From Patescibacteria group bacterium (GTDB lineage Bacteria; Patescibacteriota; Patescibacteriia; UM-FILTER-42-10): a stretch of DNA of 64,000 nucleotides. The translations under genes and the position numbers were made by a program. The stretch spans positions 434-64,433 of the forward strand of contig JBAYKW010000007.1 of NCBI GenBank assembly GCA_041664365.1, in the 5' to 3' direction. Position 1 is the stretch's first letter. Every line of letters begins with the position of its first letter. The notes under the pieces were generated by a model. The model saw nothing but the letters and a program-made list of their open reading frames with translations, was not told the origin of the DNA and ran no database searches. This document shows positions 56,485 to 64,000 of the stretch, in pieces.

Positions 56485-57960
56485 TTATTTTGAATTTAAT
56501 GATTTTTCGTATAGTTCAATATATTTTTGCGCCGACTGAGTCCAGGAGAAATCCTGATTCATGCAATTAACCACCAATCTTCGCCAGAGTTTTTTATCCT
56601 GATAAATTTGCAGAGACTTTTTGGTAACGGCCAACAGTTCGTCGCTTTGATAGTTCTGGAATACAAACCCGGTTCCGGTTCCTAACCCTGCATTGTAATT
56701 CTGGACGGAATCCTTTAACCCGCCGGTAGCTCTGACAATCGGTACAGTTCCGTAACGCATGGCGATCATTTGTCCGAGACCGCATGGTTCAAATCGGGAA
56801 GGCATGAAAAACAGGTCGGATGCGGCATAAATTTCCTGTGCCAGGTCAGCTTTAAATCCAATTACTACCGCCACCTTTTCCGAATGCTTTTCCGCTTCCG
56901 CTTTCAGTTTTTCTTCCAGCACCGCTTCGCCGGTTCCTAAAAAGACCATCTGTACTTCCAGTGTAGCAAGTTCATCAATGATTTCAAGAATCAGATCCAA
57001 TCCTTTTTGGTCAGTCAGCCTGGAAACCATGCCAATTACCGGAATTTCTTTATTCTCAGGCAAATTGACGGCTTTTTGCAGGATCAGCTTATTGTCATCC
57101 TTTTTCTCGATATCCTTAATAGAATAATTTATTTTAATTTGCGGATCCTTCGCCGGGTTGAAATGGTCCTGGTCAATGCCATTTAAAATTCCATATAAAT
57201 CTTCTTTTCTTTTCGCCAACGTCCCTTCCAATCCTTCGCCAAATTCTTCCGTGAGAATCTCTTTCGCGTAAGTTGGGCTGACGGTATTGATGATATTGCT
57301 GTTCAAAATCGCCTGTTGCAAAAAGTTTATGTCATTGTTTTTACCGAACCGTTCACTCAAAGTCGGCCAGTCTTTTTCGGTAACCCCCAGCTTATCAAAT
57401 ACTTTTTCCGGTGAGCACTTCCCCTGGAAGGCCAGATTGTGGATCGTAAGTACGGTAGGGAAGTCCGGTCGTTCCTTTTCTTTGCTGTGCAGTATTTTAA
57501 TCATCGGGATCATAATGCTGGCATGCCAGTCATGACAATGGATTACATCCGGCGTCCATTTCAGCGATCCGAACAGTTCTAAAACCGAACGAGCAAAAAA
57601 TGTGAAACGTCTGGTTTCCTTGCCGAAGTCTCCGCCGATGTCGCCGTAATAAATATCATTTTCCCCCAGAATCTCCGGATGGTCGACGAAATAAACTGGG
57701 ACAGAGCTGTTTGGTAAATTAGTCTTCCAGATGCTGACATTTTCTTCTTTGTTTTTGAAAGGGATGCTGACATTTTCCACAATTTTTTTAAGTCCATATT
57801 TTTTTTCATCAATTACGCCGTATTTTGGCATGATCACCCGGACGTCAATCCCCAGTTGCTTCAAAGCTTTTGGCAGTGCTCCCACCACATCGGCTAATCC
57901 GCCCACTTTGGCAAAAGGAGTAATTTCAGATGCGACGAACAGAACTTTTATTTTTTTCAT
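56485..57960 (-). CDS. glgA: Glycogen (starch) synthase
   Basis: KVGGLADVVGALPKAL N-terminus; GT5 + GT1 domains. Confidence 0.85.
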   Translation of the reverse strand: MKKIKVLFVASEITPFAKVGGLADVVGALPKALKQLGIDVRVIMPKYGVIDEKKYGLKKIVENVSIPFKNKEENVSIWKTNLPNSSVPVYFVDHPEILGENDIYYGDIGGDFGKETRRFTFFARSVLELFGSLKWTPDVIHCHDWHASIMIPMIKILHSKEKERPDFPTVLTIHNLAFQGKCSPEKVFDKLGVTEKDWPTLSERFGKNNDINFLQQAILNSNIINTVSPTYAKEILTEEFGEGLEGTLAKRKEDLYGILNGIDQDHFNPAKDPQIKINYSIKDIEKKDDNKLILQKAVNLPENKEIPVIGMVSRLTDQKGLDLILEIIDELATLEVQMVFLGTGEAVLEEKLKAEAEKHSEKVAVVIGFKADLAQEIYAASDLFFMPSRFEPCGLGQMIAMRYGTVPIVRATGGLKDSVQNYNAGLGTGTGFVFQNYQSDELLAVTKKSLQIYQDKKLWRRLVVNCMNQDFSWTQSAQKYIELYEKSLNSK

Positions 57961-57965
57961 AATTT

Positions 57966-58631
57966 TTATTCACCCCAATTAGGTAATTGTTTAGCGTCTT
58001 TGGCGAGAGTTTCAGTTTCTTCCCCGGTCTGCATATTTTTTATTTTATCACCAACCCATTTATTCCCGTCGAAATATTTCAGTTTTTGGGAGATCGGTCC
58101 TACTTCCGGCTTTTCAGGATTCTGTCCCTGTTCCAGGATTTCGGTTGCTTCAATCAGGATTCTTCTGCCGTCGCCGAAGTCTTTGTAAACATCTCTGGTT
58201 ATTTTCCAGGAATGTCCGGCGTCAACTCCAGATTCGATTTTTCCGGTCTGAGTTTTGCTGTCTCCTTCACCGTACTGTGTGTTAATACGCCACTGATTTT
58301 CGTGTTTAGGGTCACCTACCTGTGTTGAAAGTGTCTGACCTAATTCTTCTATTTGTCTTCCCTGATCATCATAGCCGAAGAATTGCTGACGATGACCCGC
58401 TAAAGTGTCCGGTGAAGGTTCTTGATCCTTTTGATACCAACGCTCTTCACGATGGAGTACATTGCCATTAGCATCAACCATCTCCTTTTTTAGGGGTTGC
58501 CCATTTTCAGTTTGCTTTACCCTCTCCTGCATTCCATCCGTTAATTCCGGTGGTTCAAATACATTAAAATTGATTTTTGATTCATCTGATTCTCCAGGGT
58601 CTCCTCCTGGAAGGAATTTACTATCATTCAT
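57966..58631 (-). CDS. Hypothetical hydrophilic protein
   Basis: 221 aa, no motif. Confidence 0.4.
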   Translation of the reverse strand: MNDSKFLPGGDPGESDESKINFNVFEPPELTDGMQERVKQTENGQPLKKEMVDANGNVLHREERWYQKDQEPSPDTLAGHRQQFFGYDDQGRQIEELGQTLSTQVGDPKHENQWRINTQYGEGDSKTQTGKIESGVDAGHSWKITRDVYKDFGDGRRILIEATEILEQGQNPEKPEVGPISQKLKYFDGNKWVGDKIKNMQTGEETETLAKDAKQLPNWGE

Positions 58632-58650
58632 ATATTTTAATTAAGATTTA

Positions 58651-59754
58651 TTATTCTCTTATGAGACCATGTTTCTCTTTAAGAAACATTAGGTTGCTGG
58701 TTGATTTGCCTCTAACCTCTGTCAAAAAATTAACTAAATTTTCCGGTGAGGAATTAATTACGCGATCCGGAAAAACTCCCAAAGATTCCAATTTTTTTAA
58801 TACTTTGACCAGTCGGACAATTATTCTGACACCCGGCCCGCTAGTCATCCGTTCGATCCGGTATTTGTTCAGAATTTCAATATCTCCATCGTTTGCATCA
58901 CCCGCTGCCCATTTCTTTTTCTCGCCGGTAACTTCTTTGCCACCTGATTTATACTGGTTGAAATCATGGGCATCTAGATCTAAACTGAAACGTACCCCAC
59001 TGTTTGCCGCCATTTCGAGCAGTTTGCGGGAAGGTTGGCAGTTTAAATTTATTTCAAATGCTTTATTTTGAGCTACCATTTCATCCAAGATTTCCTGCCA
59101 AACACTCCAGTATTCCTCCCAGTACTCCGGTGATTTTTCTTTGTCTTTTCTGGTGTAACGGTCAGGATGACCGATAACATCCACATGGCCGTTTCTAACA
59201 GTGGCTAGTAGTGACTCCTTGATAGCAGATGGTTCTTTTTCGTTGGCAATAACATGACGTGAAGCAACTACTAAATCCAGCTTGGCCAAAATCTCATCCG
59301 GAACATCCACGATTGCCTTTCCATTATCATCAAACATGATATTGGCCTCAACGCTGGAGAAGGCGATGATATCAAAGTTTCCTTCCCGGTTAATCTCTTC
59401 AATTTCTTTCGCGCCAGATACTAGTGATTGGGATATTGGATCTGCGGGTGAAAGTTTTTCGGGATTGCGTGGGTTGGAAGAGTGTTCGGAAAAAGCGACA
59501 AACCGAAGTCCGATTCTCTGGTAGTATTTCATAATTTCTTGTGGGTGGTACAATCCCTCGTAATCGCCGGTTTCTTCCCGAGTGCTTTTTGTCGAATGGG
59601 AGTGGGCATCGCCCTGCCACCACTTACTGATATATTTAGTTAATTCCCTCTGCTCACCAGCTTCGCTTTCTTTTGGTGGCAACCCCGCCTGATCACGTTT
59701 TTTACGCGCTTCCTCCTGCGGATCAATATAGGGTATCGATGGTAGTTCTCTCAT
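58651..59754 (-). CDS. PHP-family metal-dependent phosphoesterase
   Basis: GDAHSHST, FSEH, IGHPDR, LDLDAHD. Confidence 0.6.
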   Translation of the reverse strand: MRELPSIPYIDPQEEARKKRDQAGLPPKESEAGEQRELTKYISKWWQGDAHSHSTKSTREETGDYEGLYHPQEIMKYYQRIGLRFVAFSEHSSNPRNPEKLSPADPISQSLVSGAKEIEEINREGNFDIIAFSSVEANIMFDDNGKAIVDVPDEILAKLDLVVASRHVIANEKEPSAIKESLLATVRNGHVDVIGHPDRYTRKDKEKSPEYWEEYWSVWQEILDEMVAQNKAFEINLNCQPSRKLLEMAANSGVRFSLDLDAHDFNQYKSGGKEVTGEKKKWAAGDANDGDIEILNKYRIERMTSGPGVRIIVRLVKVLKKLESLGVFPDRVINSSPENLVNFLTEVRGKSTSNLMFLKEKHGLIRE

Positions 59755-60620
59755 AGATATTTTTTTAAATTATCATAAATAGTATAAGGCATTTTCATAT
59801 AGTCCTGCATACTGTTAACGATATTCCCTCTGGATCTGGTTTCACTGTGGAAATCCGATCCGCCGGTCATCAGCAAGCTGTGTTTTTTGGCAAAGTATTG
59901 ATAATGTTCTACCTGATGCCAGTTATGATAAGGGGAGATTGCTTCAATGCCAGACAGCCCCTCTTCTTTCAGTTCCAGAATTATCGTATCTTCTTCCCAG
60001 GTCAGTTTGTGTCCCGGGTGAGCCAGAACGGCTAATCCGCCGGCATTTTTTACCAGACTAATTGCGTCTGGAGTAAGTAAGCTGGTATGTATGATCGGGC
60101 AGAAGGATCTTTTAGAAAAATATTTATTAATAATTTCGAACAGGTCAGGGTCTGGTTTCCCGCAGTCTTTCCGGATTAACTCTTTGTTTTCCGGAAAACT
60201 GGAGAGCATGGCAATAATCTCCGCCACGCTCAGATATTTCGTGATCAGTGAATCAATTTTTCCCCTATCAACGGTAAACCCGTATTCTTCCAGGCGGTCG
60301 AGTGCTTTCCTAATATTCGCCAAATGTTGTTGTTGTAGTGTATTGAGCGTTCTGTTTAACTCTTGATTATCAAGATCAAAACCATAGCCCAGTAAATGCA
60401 ATCCTTTACCTTTATAGTCGGTATATATTTCTACTCCTGGTACAACCGCAACCCCTTTTTGCTTTCCAATCGTCATGATTTCTTTAACCCCGAAGATTGT
60501 GTTGTGGTCAGTCAGTGAAATCGCCATAATATTCCTCTCAACAACCCGATTGACCAATTCGTCACAACTTAAATCGCCTCCGGAGTAATGAGAATGAAAA
60601 TGCAGGTCGCAATATTTCAT
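59751..60620 (-). CDS. PHP domain protein
   Basis: DLHFHSHYSGGD, TDHN, LAHPG. Confidence 0.75.
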   Translation of the reverse strand: MKYCDLHFHSHYSGGDLSCDELVNRVVERNIMAISLTDHNTIFGVKEIMTIGKQKGVAVVPGVEIYTDYKGKGLHLLGYGFDLDNQELNRTLNTLQQQHLANIRKALDRLEEYGFTVDRGKIDSLITKYLSVAEIIAMLSSFPENKELIRKDCGKPDPDLFEIINKYFSKRSFCPIIHTSLLTPDAISLVKNAGGLAVLAHPGHKLTWEEDTIILELKEEGLSGIEAISPYHNWHQVEHYQYFAKKHSLLMTGGSDFHSETRSRGNIVNSMQDYMKMPYTIYDNLKKYL

Positions 60621-60631
60621 TTGCTTCTTGG

Positions 60632-61660
60632 TTATAAATTAAGCAGTCGCTTTGCTTCCGGGAATGTGTGGTCAATAATTGTTCTTTGGACAGCCGCTCT
60701 GTTTTTTTTGGTATCAACTAAAATAGAAACGCAGAACGCGGTAATCTGCATTACCCACCAGACTTTCCATAGATCTATCTGCTCTTTGGCCGCTTTGGTA
60801 TCTTGGTTGGTTTTTTTGAGATAATTTTTCAGAAATATATCGTGCAGTTTGTGGATAGTTTTTAATGAAGCTCTTTTCTGCCAGCCTAAAAGTTCCATCT
60901 GGACAAAATAGTTGGCGATATCACAGAATGGATCAAACTTCCAGGCGTTGCCGAAATCAATCACGCCGACATTATCCCCGTTAAATACAATATTATTGGA
61001 ATTCAAATCGCCATGGATTAAGCAGTGCCGGTTTGGTTGGTAATATTTTTTATATCTTTTCAGGAATGTCTCGAGGTATAATTTTCCTTCCGCTTCTAAC
61101 TCCGGAGAAAATTTCTTATAATCGTTGACAAAGAATCCTACCTCATCCTGGATCCGTTTTAGAGTTTTTGTTCTGCCGTTTTTGATTTTTAGATTATGGA
61201 ATTTGGCCACCCAGTTGGATGCGAGTAGCGCCTGTTTTTCCAAACCCGGCTTGCCGTCCAGAATCAAATCAGTGAAAATCTTACCCGGGTATTCTTCGTA
61301 AACCAGCATCCGCCATTTGGGGTAATTACCAAGCGGGCGTGTGATTTGATATCTGCCGCTGTCGAAACCCCTACTGTAGATTGCCTGCATCGCCTGGTCG
61401 GAATTTTTTATTTCCCAGGCCTGGTGAGCGCTCGGAACATTTGCCCTGATAATTCTTTGTTCTGTTTTGCCATCCGGATATTCTAGTTTCAAAGTATAGC
61501 GAACGGATTTTTTAAATTTGTAAGGACTTTGATCTTTCAATTCAAAACCGACCAGCTTCGCCCCCTTATAGAATTTTGGGATGATGGTTTCTTTAAAGAA
61601 TTTTTCCATGATGCGGATGCTGACTGCGTGGCGGAGAATTGAACGATCTTCTTTTTTCAT
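60632..61660 (-). CDS. APH/protein-kinase-fold phosphotransferase (maltokinase-like?)
   Basis: LIHGDLNSNN, DFGNA. Confidence 0.6.
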   Translation of the reverse strand: MKKEDRSILRHAVSIRIMEKFFKETIIPKFYKGAKLVGFELKDQSPYKFKKSVRYTLKLEYPDGKTEQRIIRANVPSAHQAWEIKNSDQAMQAIYSRGFDSGRYQITRPLGNYPKWRMLVYEEYPGKIFTDLILDGKPGLEKQALLASNWVAKFHNLKIKNGRTKTLKRIQDEVGFFVNDYKKFSPELEAEGKLYLETFLKRYKKYYQPNRHCLIHGDLNSNNIVFNGDNVGVIDFGNAWKFDPFCDIANYFVQMELLGWQKRASLKTIHKLHDIFLKNYLKKTNQDTKAAKEQIDLWKVWWVMQITAFCVSILVDTKKNRAAVQRTIIDHTFPEAKRLLNL

Positions 61661-61670
61661 AGTTCCTGTT

Positions 61671-63050
61671 TTATTTTTTAGTTAGTTCGCTTTCTTTTTC
61701 TTTCAATTCGGTAACGCGATCCCGAATTTGCGCCGCCCGCTCATATTCCTGTGATTTAGCCGCGGTGAGCATCTGGTTTTCCAGGTTGCCGACGATCTTA
61801 TCAAATTCCTCCTGCGGGATGTATGGCATTTCCGCGGTGATCCTCTGGGTGACATCTTCGTCCGCGAGTTTGCTCAACTCTTCTACCTTCCCGGTACGCT
61901 GCCATTCAAATGACTCTTGGATGATGTTTAAATACAGATCGCGTGCTTTGTCTTTTTTCTTCTGATCAATCGGCAAGGTCTGCAGGATATCTTTAAACTC
62001 TTTGGCACCGACCTCGATCATTTCAATACTCCACCAAGGTTGTGCGGAAGCCCACCAGTATTGGTCGGAATGCACAGCTTTATCCAAAGCGTTTCTTGCT
62101 TTTTCATACACCGGTGAACCCTGGTCCATGCCGTTTACTTCCTCAATCGCCATATTGGTCAATTCCCATTGCCAGGTATGGATCTGATTATCATCGCTCT
62201 TCCAGCGGGAATATGGAGTATTGCGTTCGATATCTTTTTTCATCAATGCCCAGCTGGAATCGAGCGGTTGCACCTCCGCCTTTTTGGTAAAAAACTGATC
62301 AACATCCGACAGGAAAACGCTTTCCAGCTCTTTGGTCTTGTATAGATCAAAGAGCAGATCTTCGAGTCCCGGTCGATGGTGACCGAAGGTTTCACCGTCC
62401 ATGGCGGTAATTAAATACTCTTTTTTGTTTACCCGGTCGCCCAGCAGTTTAACCAACATGTCGCTGGAAAAAACACTCATGCCGATTTCAGCGGACAAAA
62501 TCCGGAAACTGGTTTCCCGATCGCGGAAATAAACATTCAGATTATTATTGCCTTTAAGCTGATAAATTGTATCCGGCTTGATGGCGCCAGTAGTTCCGTT
62601 GAATGCCAATTCATCTAAAATGATCCATTTATATCCCAGTTTGGAAGCGATGTCACCAACCTTTTTGGCATAACCCATTTCCGTCGGGAAAAAGCCTTTC
62701 GGTTGGTAAGATTTACCGAAATACTTTTTATTGGTTTCGTGATTCAGTTTAATCTGCCGTTCTATTTCTTTTTCCGGCATTAATGGGAGAAAAGCATGAT
62801 ACTTGGCGGAGTCGGTAAAATCAATCTGCCCTCTTTCCGATAGCATTTTCAAATCGGCAACTACATCCATACATCCGTCCCTTTCGAACAACTCAACCAG
62901 CGCTGCGTTAATATTCAGCGTCACTTTTGCTTTGGGGTCCGCTTTCAAACCCTTAGTCAGGCGCCTATAACTTTCATTGGCGATTTTCTTAACCCAGTAA
63001 GATTTCTGGGTCGGCGGTTGGTAGATGTGTAAAAAATTTATCCAATACAT
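61671..63050 (-). CDS. GH57-family alpha-glucan enzyme with a C-terminal UVR (UvrB/C-like) helix
   Basis: INFLHIYQPP N-terminus; C-terminal EYERAAQIRDRVTELKE. Confidence 0.65.
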   Translation of the reverse strand: MYWINFLHIYQPPTQKSYWVKKIANESYRRLTKGLKADPKAKVTLNINAALVELFERDGCMDVVADLKMLSERGQIDFTDSAKYHAFLPLMPEKEIERQIKLNHETNKKYFGKSYQPKGFFPTEMGYAKKVGDIASKLGYKWIILDELAFNGTTGAIKPDTIYQLKGNNNLNVYFRDRETSFRILSAEIGMSVFSSDMLVKLLGDRVNKKEYLITAMDGETFGHHRPGLEDLLFDLYKTKELESVFLSDVDQFFTKKAEVQPLDSSWALMKKDIERNTPYSRWKSDDNQIHTWQWELTNMAIEEVNGMDQGSPVYEKARNALDKAVHSDQYWWASAQPWWSIEMIEVGAKEFKDILQTLPIDQKKKDKARDLYLNIIQESFEWQRTGKVEELSKLADEDVTQRITAEMPYIPQEEFDKIVGNLENQMLTAAKSQEYERAAQIRDRVTELKEKESELTKK

Positions 63051-63060
63051 TTTTTTTCGT

Positions 63061-64000
63061 TTAAGTTTCTTTTTTCCCAGCCATGTAAGGCTTATAATTA
63101 TAGCCTGCTAAAAACATCTTCTTTTCTTTTTTAGCACGGCCGGAATATTGCCACTGATGGGCTAGTTTTTTAATTTGCTCGGAAAGCAGTCTGGCATTTT
63201 TTAATTTACTGATCGGAGGATTTTTCAGTGTATTAATTAAATCCATTAATCTATTAGCTCCTTCTTCGATTATTTCTACGCTCCACCACGGATGGGCCGA
63301 TGCCCACCAGAAGAAATCACTGCTCATACTCCTGTCCAATAATTTACGAGCTGAATCAAAATTTTTATCCTTGGTTGATTCTTTGACCGTGGCAAGTACC
63401 AGGTCAAAGAGTTGCCATTGTAATTTGTGGATCGGATTTTTCGGATGATCCCACAGTTCAAAAGCAATCCCGTTTTTCAACTCCTTTTCAGAGGATGCCC
63501 AGCTGGAAGCGATGGGAGTGATGGATTTGAAAGAGCTGTATTGTTTTAAAGCATCGGAGTATGTCTCTGTCTGGATTTTTTTATCCAAGGTCAGTTCTTT
63601 AAATACCTTTTCCATCCCTGGTCGGTGGTGCCCGAGTGTTTCCCCATCAAAAGCAGTAAATAGTGGTTCTCCTGTGCAGCAGGTTTTTCTAAATTCCCTC
63701 TTTGTTTCCGCTTGCGGTTTAACAGTAAATAGGTCGGACATGTTGTGATTGCGAAATGCTACTTTCAGCGGGGTTCCTTCTATGTGGTATCCGTTTTTCC
63801 AGTTAACTAGCCCTCTCTTTTTTTGGTAGGCAATCTCATCCAGCGCAATCCAGGAAAATTTTTCTTTTACCAGTGCTTTAGCGACTTTATCGCTATAGCA
63901 CATTTCCGGCGGGAAGAACCCGGATGGTTGGTACGACTTACCAAAATATTTGGTATTAACTTTGGTATTAAGTTGAATCTGGCGCTGTATTTCTGAAATG
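63061..64000 (-). CDS. GH57 paralog; N-terminus beyond the window edge
   Basis: Own translation of 63904-64000 (...ISEIQRQIQLNTKVNTKYFGKSYQPSGFFPPEM) aligns to the upstream paralog (IERQIKLNHETNKKYFGKSYQPKGFFPTEM); the ORF continues past 64000. Confidence 0.65.
   Translation of the reverse strand, partial: ISEIQRQIQLNTKVNTKYFGKSYQPSGFFPPEMCYSDKVAKALVKEKFSWIALDEIAYQKKRGLVNWKNGYHIEGTPLKVAFRNHNMSDLFTVKPQAETKREFRKTCCTGEPLFTAFDGETLGHHRPGMEKVFKELTLDKKIQTETYSDALKQYSSFKSITPIASSWASSEKELKNGIAFELWDHPKNPIHKLQWQLFDLVLATVKESTKDKNFDSARKLLDRSMSSDFFWWASAHPWWSVEIIEEGANRLMDLINTLKNPPISKLKNARLLSEQIKKLAHQWQYSGRAKKEKKMFLAGYNYKPYMAGKKET

Noticed and set aside
1-64000. CRISPR arrays, transposases/IS elements, integrases, rRNA operons
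   Set aside because: No regularly spaced short direct repeats, no DDE or tyrosine/serine recombinase ORFs and no rRNA-like segments were found on inspection.

Overview
The window looks like a low-GC Candidate Phyla Radiation/Patescibacteria-type chromosome segment spanning the replication origin. It carries the rpmH-rnpA-yidD-yidC cluster, dnaA, a DnaA-box-rich dnaA-dnaN spacer, and dnaN. Gene orientation flips there: almost everything left of about 35.7 kb is on the minus strand, and dnaA through the radical SAM gene is on the plus strand. Recognisable native genes are rarA, a family 4/5 UDG, a two-component pair, sufS-like, suhB, folC, nfo, tig, a PaaK-like ligase, a PlsC-GDPD fusion, an archaeal-type CarS-like lipid gene, hppA, nusA, yraN, rnhB, gdh, trxB/trxA, a CsoR-like repressor, three tRNAs, PBP1A, a ROK glucokinase, tyrS, an ABC transporter, NUDIX, murJ, and a glycogen/GH57 cluster. 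Two things stand out. First, five sharply bounded, much higher-GC insertions (about 7.4-8.2, 10.4-14.1, 19.1-19.9, 23.4-24.4 and 31.7-32.0 kb) sit in intergenic gaps between intact native genes. Each is a self-contained promoter / 5'UTR / Shine-Dalgarno / CDS / terminator unit with near-consensus sigma70 elements. Their content is several small proteins of unknown function, a Nuc_deoxyrib_tr-like protein, a signal-peptide outer-membrane beta-barrel that is unexpected in a monoderm CPR cell, structured leader RNAs, and high-GC copies of prs and csrA. Second, an AbiEi/AbiEii (type IV toxin-antitoxin / abortive infection) cassette has been inserted into the 5' end of a radical SAM/SPASM gene, duplicating about 85 bp of that gene's start as direct repeats. 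No CRISPR array, rRNA or transposase was seen.
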